DNA from: Mobula hypostoma
Lineage: Eukaryota
DNA length: 64,000 nucleotides
Assembly: GCF_963921235.1 (NCBI RefSeq)
Contig: NC_086097.1
Coordinates: forward strand, 111,664,001 to 111,728,000
Direction: 5' to 3'
Position 1 is the first letter of the stretch; the number at the start of each line of letters is the position of its first letter. This document shows, piece by piece, positions 49,715 to 61,194 of the stretch. The notes beneath the pieces are model-generated. The model was not told the DNA's origin. It did no database searches and saw only the letters and a list, made by a program, of their open reading frames with translations. Both the position numbers and the translations under genes were made by a program.

Positions 49715-50945
49715 CCCTATAATTCAGGTCCCCAAGTCCCAGCAACAACCTTTTAAATTTTCTCTGTATTCTTTCAGGCTTACTGGTATCTCTCCTGCAG
49801 GTAGGTGACCAGTACTGCACATAATACTTCAAATTAGGCCACAACAATGTCTCTTACAGCTTCAGCACAACATCTGAACTCCTGTACTCACTGCCCCAAT
49901 TTTTGAAGACCAATTTGCCAAAAGCTCTCTTTATAACCTTATTGATCTGTGACACCACTTTCAAGGAATTATGGATCTGAATTCCCAGGTACCTTTTTCT
50001 CTCAATACACCCCAGAACCCTACCATTCGCTCCGTAATTCTTAACCTGGTTTTCCTGCCAAAATGCAACACCTCACACTTGCCTGCATTAAATTCCTTCT
50101 ATTAATATTTTTTTCCAGCTTTGATAGTCCTGTTCACTACACCTCCAGTCTTCGTGTCACCTCCACTTGCTGATCCAGTTTACCATGCTATCATCTAAAT
50201 TATTACTATAAATAATAAACAACATCGGACCCAGCATCAATCCTTGTGGCACACCTTTAGTTAAAGGCCTCAGTCAGAGAGGAAACCCTCTGCTGCCCAC
50301 TGTGGCTTATTCTGCTAAACAATGTTGTATCCAATTGGCTACTTCTTCTTGAATGTTCAGCGGCTTAACATTCTGAACCAGACTTCTATGCGGGTCTTGC
50401 TCAGATGTTTTGCTAAGGTCCATGTAGACAACATCCACCGCCTTTCTTTTATCAGCCTTCTTGGTAAAATCTCCTCAAAGTTTGTTAGACGTGAACTATG
50501 ACACACAATGCCATGTTGACTATCCCTAATCAAGCTCTGTATATCCAAACATATATATATATCCTGTCCCTCAGAGATTTCCAGTAATTTACCCATGACT
50601 TATATCAGGTTCACTGATCTTTAATTTCCTGGCTTATTCTTAGAACTTTTCTTGAACAATGGGACAATATTAGCTATCCTCCAGTCTTATGGCAACTCAC
50701 CAGTGGCTAAGGACATTTTCCTGCAATTTCAGTATTAGCCTGACACGGAGTCTGAGGGGACAGCTAGTCAGGCCCTGACCAATTCCATTCTAATTCACCT
50801 CAAGACAGCCAGCAACTCTTCTTCCATAATCTGGATATAGTCATGATCTCATCATACATTTGCCTCATTTCTATAGTCTCTGTGTTTGTCTCCGAAGTAA
50901 GTACAAATGCAAAAAAAAAATCACTTAAGATCTTCCCCTATCTTT
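49715..50945 (-). mobile_element. Decayed CR1 RT fragment, tail-to-tail with a plus-strand CR1 3' remnant (about 49245-49710)
   Basis: LWPNLKYYVQYWSP and LIRDSQHG fragments. Confidence 0.8.
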
Positions 50946-52715
50946 TTTCAGTTCCATGCATGCTGATCTTCAAGTGGATCAACTTGAGGAAAGGTCTACG
51001 AGTTGAAACATTAACACTATTTCTCTTCTCTCAAAGGAAGCTTATCTTACTGAGGACCCTCAGCATTTTTTGTTTGCATTTTATAGATGTATTCTCCTAT
51101 GACATAGGTAGGAAAAGGGAGGAGGCCTTGAAAAAAGACTACAGTGAGTTAGGAAAGAAATTGAGAAGCAGGACCTCAAAAGTAGTAATCTCGGGATTAC
51201 TGCCTGTGCCACGTGACAGTGAGTATAGGAATAGAATGAGGTGGAGGATAAATGTGTGGCTGAGGGATTGGAGCAGGGGGCAGGGATTCAGATTTCTGGA
51301 TCATTGGGACCTCTTCCGGGGCAGGTATGACCTGTACAAAAAGGGTGGATTGCACTTGAACCCCAAGGGGACCAATATAATGGCGGGAAGGTTTACTAAT
51401 GCTATTGGGGAGAGTTTAAACTAGAATTGCTGGGGGGTGGGAACCGAACTAAAGTGACTGAGGAAAGAGAGGTTGGTTCACAAATAGAAGAAGTTTGGAG
51501 ACAGTGCAAAAGGGAGGATAGGCAGGTGATAGAGAAGGGATGCTCTCAGTTGGATGGTTTGAGATGTGTCTATTTTAATGTGAGGAGTATTATGAACAAA
51601 GCGGATGAGCTTAGAGCCTGGATCAGCACTTGGAGCTATGATGTTGTGGCCATTACAGAGACTTGGATGGTGCAGGGGCAGGAATGGCTACTTCAAGTGC
51701 CATGCTTTAGATCAGCGGTAGGCAACCAGATCCGGCCCGTGAATGTATTTTGACCGGCCCGCGAGCAAATATTGGGATACTATGCTTATTCGGCTCACAA
51801 GCGATTTTTCCTTATTCTGAGTGTTTCACGCGACCACACTGATGGACCTGCATGGCGTCTTGTTTCACTGGCCCTAGGTTCTGTTTTGCTCCAAACCAAA
51901 CACTGGTATATACGAATGACGGGAAGACAGACTACCTTATTATTATATATTAGATACTCTCCGTGCACGCACAAGTTTTCAGATGGGATCGTTCAAATTT
52001 GTAAACAGAAACCGCGTCACTGTGTTTTAACAAGAAATCCATGCTAAATATCCAGATATTTATATGTGCTATGATACCTGTTGAATAACTCGCGTTTTGA
52101 AATAAAATCGAAGAAAAAAATTCCAGTGGCAATGAATGCAAAACGCAGGAAGGTAGACACTGAGTGCAGAAATTTCCAAGACACTTGGACACTAGATTAC
52201 TTCTTCATCGAGCAAGCTTTGTCTCATTTGCCTAGAAAATGAGACAAAGGTCCAAGAATTGAGAAAAGAGTTTTCATCTTGTTTTCTTGATTTTCACTTA
52301 CATGCAAATGAGTTCAATCTGTTTGCTACTCCATTTGATATGGAAGTGGACACTGCATCAGAAATTTTTCAAATGGAATTGATTGAGATGCAGTGTGATG
52401 ACATATTGAGATCAAAATTTCATTCTGAAGATGTGTCAGTGCTTGACTTCTATAGAAAATATATTCATCCAAGCGGGAAGTATCCTGACTTAGTGGACCA
52501 TGCAAAAACAATAGCATCATTGTTTGGCAGCACTTATCTGTGTGAGCAATTATTTTCAAAAATGAAGCACACCAAGAACCATTTGAGAACAAGATTGACT
52601 GATGCCAATCTGGACAATGTCTTGCTCTTGACATCAACAAGTCTGACACCCAATATTGAGAAACTTTCAATCAACAAACAGCATCAAGTTTCACAGTGAT
52701 TTATTGACTGCATTG

Positions 52716-54299
52716 GAACATAGAACATAGAACACTACAGCACAGAAACAAACCTTTTGGCCCTCCTTGGCTGTGCCGAACCATGTTTCTGCCTAGTCCC
52801 GCTGACCTGCACCTGGAGCATATCCCTCCATACACCTCCCATCCATATACCTGTCCAAGTTTTGCTTAAATATTAAAAGTGAGCCCGCATTTACCACTTC
52901 ATCTGGCAGCTCATTCCACACTCCCACCACTCTCTGTGTGAAGAAGCCCCCCCAATGTTCCCTTTGAAGTTTTCCCCCTTCACCCTTAACCCATGTCCTC
53001 TGGTTTTTTCTCCCCTAGCCTCAGCAGAAAAAGCCTGCTTGCATTCACTCTATCTATACGCATCATAATTTTATATACCTCTATCAAATTTCCCGTCATT
53101 CTTCTATGCTCCAGGGAATAAAGTCCTAACCTATTTAACCTTTCTCTGTAACTCAGTTTCTCAAGTCCCAGCAAACATCCTTGTAAACCTTCTCTGCACT
53201 CTTTCAACCTTATTAATATCCTTCCTGTAATTTGGTGACCAAAACTGTACACAATACTCCAAACTCAGCCTCACCAATACCTTATACAACCTCACCATAA
53301 CGTTCCAACTCTTATACTCAATACACACATCAAAGTTGCTAGTGAACGCAGCAGGCCAGGCAGCATCTCTAGGAAGAGGTACAGTCGACGTTTCAGGCCG
53401 AGACCCTTCGTCAGGACTAGCTGAAGGAAGAGTTAGTAAGAGATCTGACGAAGGGTCTCGGCCTGAAACGTTGACTGTACCTCTTCCTAGAGATGCTGCC
53501 TGGCCTGCTGCATTCACCAGCAACTTTGATGTGTGTTGCTTGAATTTCCAGTATCTGCAGATTTCCTGTTGTTTGTTGTTTGTCTTATACTCAATACTTT
53601 GATTTATAAGGGCCAATGTACCAAAAGCTCGCTTTATGACCCTATCTACCTGTGACGCCACTTTTAGGGAAGTTTGTATCTGTATTCCCAGATCCCTTTG
53701 TTCTACTGCACTCCTCAGTGCCCTACCATTTACCTTGTATGTTCTACCTTGGTTTGTCCTTCCAAAGTGAAATACCTGACACTTGTCTGTATTAAACTCC
53801 ATCTGCCATTTTTCAACCTATTTTTCCAGCTGGTCCAAATCCCTCTGCAAGTTTTGAAAACCTTCCTCACTGTTCACTACACCTCCACTCTTTGTATCAT
53901 CAGCGAATTTGCTGATCCAATTTACCACATTATCATCCAGATCATTGAGATAGATGACAAATAACAATGGACCCAGCACTGATCCCTGAGGCACACCACT
54001 AGTCACAGGCCTCCACTCAGAGAAGCAATCCTCCACTACCACGCTCTGGCTTCTTCCATTGAGCCAATGTCTAATCCAATTTACCACCTCTCCATTTACA
54101 CCTAGCGAATGAATCTTCCTAACTAACCTCCCATGCGGGACATTGTCAAAGGCCTTACTGAAGTCCATGTAGACAACATCCACTGCCTTCCCTTCATCCA
54201 CTTTCCTGGTAATCTCCTCGAAAAACTCTAATAGATTGGTTAAACATGACCTTCTAATAGTTTGGTTAAACATGACCTTCTAATAGATTGGTTAAACAT
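52716..54299 (-). mobile_element. 5'-truncated CR1 inside the hAT element
   Basis: ORF 53818-54273 ([25 protein letters not shown]). (GAACATA)n tail at the left end. Confidence 0.95.
53325..53582. mobile_element. Inverted pair of Penelope pLTRs plus tail
   Basis: 53323-53413 is the reverse complement of 53445-53536. 15-bp TSD TCTTATACTCAATAC (53310-53324 and 53583-53597). Confidence 0.95.
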
Positions 54300-56318
54300 T
54301 AAAATTTACTTTTTTATTATACTTAATTTACCACCATTCAATGCGTCGGGTTCATACGTTTTATGTTTAAAGATTCATCGTGTCCTTTTAATAGATTCAA
54401 AAGATGCCTTGATTGAAATGAATTGCAACTAAACTGAGCTCTTTGATTACTACTTGGCATCCTTGGTTAAGCACAAATGATTTTCTAGCCTGCATTATTC
54501 ATTAACTTGAGGCAAAACATAACTAGATGTATTTAAGTGGATAATTCTCATATTTCAGGTTTTTTTATGGCATTTATCTGGCCCACCGTCCGCTCATTAA
54601 TATGCAATCCGGCCCACAGAGGCAAAAAGGTTGCCGACCACTGCTTTAGATGTCTCAGAAAGGACAGGGAGGGAGGCAAAAGCGATGGGGCGTGGCACTG
54701 TTGATCAGAGATAGTGTCATAGCTGCAGAAAAGGAGGAAGTCATGGAGGGGTTGTCTACAGAGTCCCTGTGGGTGGAAGTTAGGAATAGGAAGGGGTCAA
54801 TAACTCTACTGGATGTTTTTTATAGACCACCCAATAGTAACAGGGACATCAAGGAGCAGATAGGGAGACAGATTCTGGAAAGGAGTAATCATAAGAGGGT
54901 TGTTGTGGTGGGAGATTTTAATTTCCCAAATATTGATTGGCATCGCCCTAGAGTGAGGGGTTTAGATGGGGTGGAGTTTGTTAGGTGTGTTCAGGAAGGT
55001 TTCTTGACACAATATGTAGATAAGCCTGCAAGAGGAGAGGCTGTACTTGATCTGGTATTAGGAAATGAACCTGGTCAGGTGTCAGGTCTCTCAGTGGGAG
55101 AGCATTTTAGAGATAGTGATTACAATTCGATCTCCTTTACAATAGCATTGGAGAGGGATAGGAACAGACAAGTTAGGGAAATGTTTAATTGGAGTAAGGG
55201 GAGCTATGAGGTTATCAGGCAGGAACTTGGAAGCATAAATTGGAAACAGATGTTCTCAGGGAAACGTATGGAAGAAATGTGGCAAATGTTCAGGGGATAT
55301 TTGCGTGGAGTTCTGAGTAAGTATGTTCCAATGAGACATGGAAAGGATGGTAGGGTACAAGATCCATGGTGTACAAAGGCTGTTGTAAATCTAGTCAAGA
55401 AGAAAAGAAAAGCTTACGAAAGGTTCAAAACACTAGGTAATGATATGAATCTGGAAGATTATAAGGCTAGCAGGAAGGAGCTTAAGAATGAAATTAGGAG
55501 AGGCAGAAGGGGCCATGAGAAGGCCTTGGCGGACAGGATTAAGGAAAAGCCCAAGGTATTCTACAAGTATGTGAAGAGCAAGAGGATAAAACATGAGAGA
55601 ATAAGACCAATCAAGTGTGACAGTGGGAAAGTGTGTATGGAACCGGAGGAAATAGCCAAGGTACTTAATGAATACTTTGCTTCAGTATTCACTATGGAAA
55701 AGGATCTTGGCAATTGTAGGGATGACTTGCAGTGGTCTAAAATGCTTGGGAATGTAGATATTAAGGAAGAGGATGTGCTGGAGCTTTTAGAAAGCATCAA
55801 GTTGAATAAGTCACTGGGACTGAATGGGATGTAACCCAGGCTACTGTGGGAAGTGAGGGAAGAGATTGCTGAGCCTCTGATGATGATCTTTGCATCATCA
55901 ACGGGGACGGGAGAGGTTCCGAAGGATTGGTGGATTGCAGATGTTGTTCCTTTATTCAAGAAAGGGAGTAGGGATATCCCAGGAAATTATAGGTCAGTGA
56001 ATCTTACTTCAGTGGTTGGTAAGTTGATAGAGAAGATCCTGAGAGGCAGGATTTATGAAACATTTATATAATATGATTAGGAATAGTTAGCATGGCTTTG
56101 TCAAAGGCAGGTCGTGACTTACGAGCCTGACTGAATTTTTTGAGGATGCACATTGATGAAGGTAGAGCCGTAGATGTAGTGTATATGGATTTCAGCAAGG
56201 CATTTGACAAGGTACCTCATGCAAGGCTTATTGAGAAAGTAAGGAGGCATGGGATCCAAGGGGACCTTGCTTTGTGGATCCAGAACTGGCTCGCCCACAG
56301 AAGGCAAAGAGTGGTTGT

Positions 56319-56613
56319 TTTTTAGATTAAAGTCTGTCCCAAGCCTTGTGGCCCATCAGGCCGGTGCTTATGCCAGTTTCCATGGTGTGAAGCGACCGAG
56401 AGTACCAGACTACTCCCCAGATAGGGTGCCAGTCTACCGCGAGGTTAACACCCAGCATTCTTTTTTGCCGGTACCCATTCTCAGCTGGGTAGACTGGAAC
56501 ATTGTGTGATTAAGTGCCTTGCTCAAGGACACACACGCTGCCTTGCCCGAGGCTCAAACCCATGATGTTCAGATTGCTAGTCCAACACCCTAACCACTTG
56601 GCCACGCGCCACA
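56319..56613 (-). mobile_element. tRNA-derived SINE
   Basis: A box TGGCCAAGTGG, B box GGTTTGAGCC, A tail. 14-bp TSD CAAAGAGTGGTTGT (56305-56318 and 56614-56627). Confidence 0.9.
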
Positions 56614-58039
56614 CAAAGAGTGGTTGTAGACAGGTCATATTCTGCATGGAGGTTGGTCACCAGTGGTGTGCCTCAGGGATCTGTTCTGGGACTGCTACTC
56701 TTTGTGATTTTCATAAATGACCTGGATGAGGAAATGGAGGGATGGGTTAGTGAATTTGCTGATGACACAAAGGTTGGGGGTGTTGTGGATAGTGTGGAGG
56801 GCTGTCAGAGGTTACAGCGGGACATTAATAGGATGCAAAACTGGGCTGAGAAGTGGCAGATGGAGTTCAACCCAGATAAGTGTGAGGTGGTTCATTCTGG
56901 TAGGTCAAGTATGATGGCAGAACATAGTATTAACGGTAAGACTCTTGGCAGTGTGGAGGATCAGAGGGATCTTGGGGTCCAAGTCCACAGGACACACAAA
57001 GTTGCTGCACAGGTTTACTCTGTGGTTAAGAAGGCATCTGGTGCATTGGCCTTCATCAACGGTGGGATTGAGTTTAAGAGCAGAGAGGTAATGTTGCAGC
57101 TATATAGGACCCTGGGCAGACCTCACTTGGAGGACTGTGCTCAATTCTGGTCGCCTTACTATAGGAAGGACGTGGAAACCATAGAAAGGGTGCAGAGGAG
57201 ATTTACAAGGATGTTGCCTGGATTGGGGAGCATGCCTTATGAGAATAGGTTGAGTGATCTCGGCCTTTTCTCCTTGGAGCAACGGAGGATGAGAGGTGAC
57301 TTGATAGAGGTGTACAAGATAATGAGAGGCATTGATTGTGAGGATAGTCAGAGGCTTTTTCCCAGGGCTGAAATGGCTAGCATGAGAGGGCACAGTTTTA
57401 AGGTGCTTGGAAGTAGGTACAGAGGAGATGTCAGGGGTAAGATTTTTATGCAGAGAGTGGTGAGTGCGTGGAATGGGCTGCCGGCGGCAGTGGTTGAAGT
57501 GGAAATGATAAGGTCTTTTAGGAGTCTCCTGGATGGCTACATGGAGCTTAGAAAAATTGAGGACTATGGGTAAAGAGAAGGTAGTTCTAAGGTAAGGACA
57601 TGTTCGCCACAGCTTTGTGGGCCGAAGGGCCTGTATTGTGCTGTAGGTTTTCTATGCTTCTATTTTCTACACTTCTGAGCCAAGCTAGAGTCGCAAAGTA
57701 CCAGGGTCGATGGTGGAGTGGTGGTGAGGAAAAATGAAGTTAGCCCTATATACAAAGAAGGTTGAGCATGGTAGGAACAATGTTCTGAGCTACATCTATC
57801 ACAATTCAAGGTGTATTGTAGGTAAAGTGGATGAGCTTAGAACATGGATCGGCATGTGGAATTATGACATTGTAGGTACTAGTGGGGCTTGGTTGCAGGA
57901 GGGGAAGGACTGCAGAGAGAGCTGGAGAAAGTTCCTTGTGGAATTTACACACCAATTTTAAAATGCAAGCAGGGCCTGTTAGGACTTGTCTGCTGAGCAG
58001 GAGATAGTTTAGGTTATTAGTAACTTAGCAAGGGCCAAT

Positions 58040-59200
58040 AAAAAGCAGAGAGATGCAAGTTGAGCAGCCATTGTGAGACTGACCATTGTAAGAATGGGCC
58101 ACAATTAGATTGGGAGGCTTTGGCTCAGTAGGCCTTGCAAGAACAGGTAGAAGCTCTAAGTAGGTTTCTAGTTTGTATTTTTTCTCCTTCTTTATTTATT
58201 AGTACATAACTAGTGCAAGAGAATGCAAGAGAAGGGTTAGTGCTATGCTCTTCATGTGAAATGTGGGAATTTGGGAGACCTCCTGTCAGGACACTGGAGC
58301 AGGGGTCCAATCGCAGACCCAGTACTGTGCACACAATGATATTAATTGAGTAATAAATCCCAAGGTGCAAACAAAGTTGGTGTCAAAGTTCAAGAAGAGA
58401 TCAAAACATCCAGAGAAATCCAAAAACCAGAATTGTGAAATAGACAGAGTCAATATTCAGATAGACAGAATACAGATACAAATGCTGGAAAGGCTCACTA
58501 GCACAATCTGACAATAAACAGGTGAAAACACAGGACTGAAATACACTGAGCAATAAACAGAGAGGCAGATGATAGGTGGAGCACAATGAGACGCAGGTGG
58601 CAGCAATACAGGTAATAATGAGAAACAGATGAAAGACGGAGTGCTCAGCAATACAGGGGCTGGAGTAGAGTAGGAGCGGGGACAGGAGCACATGGCAATA
58701 CAAAACCACAGACTGACAGCTAGGGGGAAACATACAAAACGACAGACTTCAGCTGGAGGTACTGACACCTCCAGACGATGCATGGAGTGCATTGAGCTGT
58801 AACTCCTTAGACACCATGCTCAGGAACTGGAGCTGCAGCTCATATTGACGTTTGGCTCATCTGGGAGAATGAAGAGCAGCAAAAGGGAGTTAAACATCCC
58901 TAAGTTGCAGGAGGCAGGTACTTGGAATCGGGAGATGGGAATGGAGTAGGTAGCTAGTGCAGAGTACCCCTGTGGCTGTTGCCCTCAATAATAATACCAC
59001 TTTTAATTCTGCTGGGGTGTGGGTGACCTACCGGGGGAAGACACAGCGACCAGGTCTCTGGCTCTGTGGCTCAGAAGGGAAAGGGGGAGAAGGGGAGTGC
59101 AGCAGTGAGAGGTCATTAGAGGAGTATACAGGAGACTCTATGGATGACTAAGAGACACCCGCAAGTTTTGTTGCAAGCAGAGCACCTTATGCATCCAGTA
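58040..59200 (+). mobile_element. Old CR1 5' UTR/ORF1 fragment containing a solo LTR
   Basis: VLCSSCEMWEFGRP, then CMECIEL-LLR..ELELQL after the LTR. Confidence 0.7.
58284..58767 (-). mobile_element. Solo LTR
   Basis: TGTCAG...CTGACA ends. TSD CCTCC (58279-58283 and 58768-58772). Strand inferred from its U5-like end. Confidence 0.9.
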
Positions 59201-59879
59201 CCTCCTGTGCACACATTTCATGAAATTCTGCACCCTTTTTCTCCAAACATACCTTTGCTCATTGTGGCCAAAAGGTTCTATTTTAACTTCATCAGTCCAC
59301 ATGACTTGTTTCCAAAATGCATCAGGCTTGTTTAGATGTTCCTTTGCAAACTTCTGATGCTGAGTTCTGGTGCAATGAGCAAAGGTATGTTTGGAGAAAA
59401 AAGGGTGCAGAATTTCATGAAAAGAACACCTCTCCAACTGTTAAGCACGGGGGTGGATTGATCATGCTTTGGGATTGTGTTGCAGCCAGAGGCATGGGGA
59501 ACATTTCACTGGTAAAGGGAAGAATGAATTCAGTTAAATACCAGCAAATTCTGGAAGCAAACATCACACTGTCTGTAAAAAAGCTGAAGATGAAAAGAAG
59601 ATAGCTTCTACAACAGGATAATGATCCTAAACACACCTCAAAATCCACAATGGACTACCTCAAGAGGCGCAAGCTGAAGGTTTTGCCATGGCCCTCACAG
59701 TCCCCTGACCTAAACATCATAGAGAATCTGTGGATAGACCTCAAAAGAGCAGTGCATGCAAGACGGCCCAAGAATCTCACAGAACTAGAAGCCTTTTGCA
59801 AGGAAGAATGAGCGAAAATCCCCCAAACAAGAATTGAAAGACTCTTAGCTGGCTACAGAAAACATTTACAAACTGTGAT

Positions 59880-60946
59880 TGTCATGGTCCGGTCCGTGAA
59901 GTCCGCATTCCGGTTCAGGACTCCGGGTCTTCCAGCTGTCCCTTGTTTGAATTAATCATAGGCACCGATTCCCATCTTTGGGCTTGCAATATAAGTAGCC
60001 TTGGAATTGAGTGTGGGCTGTTCCTCCTTAGAGCAACCTGCTGATGGAAGGCTAGTGAAACCATTTGTGATTTCTAGGCCTGGTTGGAGGACCACTGCTT
60101 CATGGAGCCTTGTTACCACTTGTTGGAGTAATCTTTGCAGTATGATTTGGCTGTTTCCTGGGCCAGCTGAGTGGCTGCCAGCCACTCTGAGCTAGGTAGG
60201 GATCCTGCTGTTTCTGTACCCAGCTGAGGTTGCTGGCTGAACTGAGACTTGGAGCTACCCTGGAGCAGAGATGGAACTGTCTGTTGTTCTTTGGTGTTTG
60301 TCTCTTCTTGTCCTTGCCTCTGTGGGGTAAGTTAGGCTGTTTTGCTGTTGTCCTTTGGGGGGACATGTCTTTGTCTCTGTTGGGTAAGTCTGGCCGTCCT
60401 GCTGTTACCCAACAGGTGGACCTGTCCCACCTTGGTGTGGAGATGAAGTTGAGTCCTGGCTTGTTGAAGGATAAGTCCAGGCTCTATGTTGATGTTCAGT
60501 TCCCAGTCTGTCTCTTAGCCACAGCCTCTGAGTTATCAGCCTCTGCATTTCAAGATGACGGTCCGGCAGCCGAGGGCCCCGGCGCGGACGGTCCGGCAGC
60601 CGAGGGCCCCGGTGCGGACGGTCCGGCAGCCAAGCTCCGAGGGCCCCAGTGCCGACGGTCCGGCAGCCAAGCCTCAAGCCATGTCATGTCCTTGCCTGGT
60701 TCTGGGGACCGAGCCTGAGGCAAGACCCAGGTTCTGGGACCTTGTCCAGTCTTGGGCTTGGGGTCCAAGCCTTGTCTCCTAGTCTATGGTTCCTAGTCCT
60801 GGTCCCACTTTCCCTAGCCCAACTCTGTTGTTGTCCCTGCTCCTTGCCTGAATCCTGCCATGTCCCTACTCTCGTCAAGTCCTGTTCCTTGTACTTCAGT
60901 GTCTGTGTCTTGCATTTGGGTCCATTCCCAGCACCCCCTTGTGACA
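59880..60946 (+). mobile_element. Solo LTR (1067 bp)
   Basis: TGTCA...TGACA ends. TSD GTGAT (59875-59879 and 60947-60951). TATAAG near 59990. Confidence 0.92.
60557..60668. repeat. CpG-rich 30-bp minisatellite in the LTR
   Basis: GACGGTCCGGCAGCC at 60557, 60587, 60617 and 60654. Confidence 0.95.
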
Positions 60947-61194
60947 GTGATACTTACCAAAGGGTGTTACTAAGTACTGACCATGCAGGATGCCCGAACT
61001 TTTGCTTCAATCCCTTTTCCTTTTTTATTTTGAAACTGTAAAAGATGGAAATAAAAATAATCTTAAAATATTAAAGAGATGTCATCTTTAACTTTATGCC
61101 TTTTGGAAACCAGGCCATCTTTTACTCGCTTAGCTATTCGCAGTACAGAAATTTTGACCAGGGCATCCAGATGTTTGTATGCCACTGTATATAT

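Larger units (their letters stand above)
51713..54643 (+). mobile_element. hAT transposon (Buster/Charlie type), internally deleted
   Basis: TIRs CAGCGGTAGGCAACC and GGTTGCCGACCACTG. 8-bp TSD CTTTAGAT (51705-51712 and 54644-54651). C-terminus FGSTYLCEQLFSKMK..RTRLTD (52259-52699) and N-terminal RKVDTECRNFQDTW remnant. Confidence 0.95.
51085..57670 (+). mobile_element. CR1 LINE (ORF1 SGNH through 3' tail) interrupted by a hAT element and a SINE
   Basis: VVISGLLPVP..GLHLN (ORF1), AITETW, ORFs 54650-55834 and 56620-57573 (EFADDTK). (TTCTA)-type tail at about 57650-57670. Confidence 0.95.
59216..61187 (+). mobile_element. Tc1 transposon, left part lost and locally inverted, with a solo LTR inside
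   Basis: [21 protein letters not shown] and [15 protein letters not shown]. The right TIR ends CCACTG|TA. Confidence 0.9.

Noticed and set aside
52259..52699. GTF2IRD2/EPM2AIP1-like host gene
   Set aside because: It sits inside TIRs with an 8-bp TSD and lacks the catalytic core, so it is a deleted hAT transposase.
56540..56613. tRNA gene
   Set aside because: No convincing cloverleaf; it is the head of a TSD-flanked SINE.
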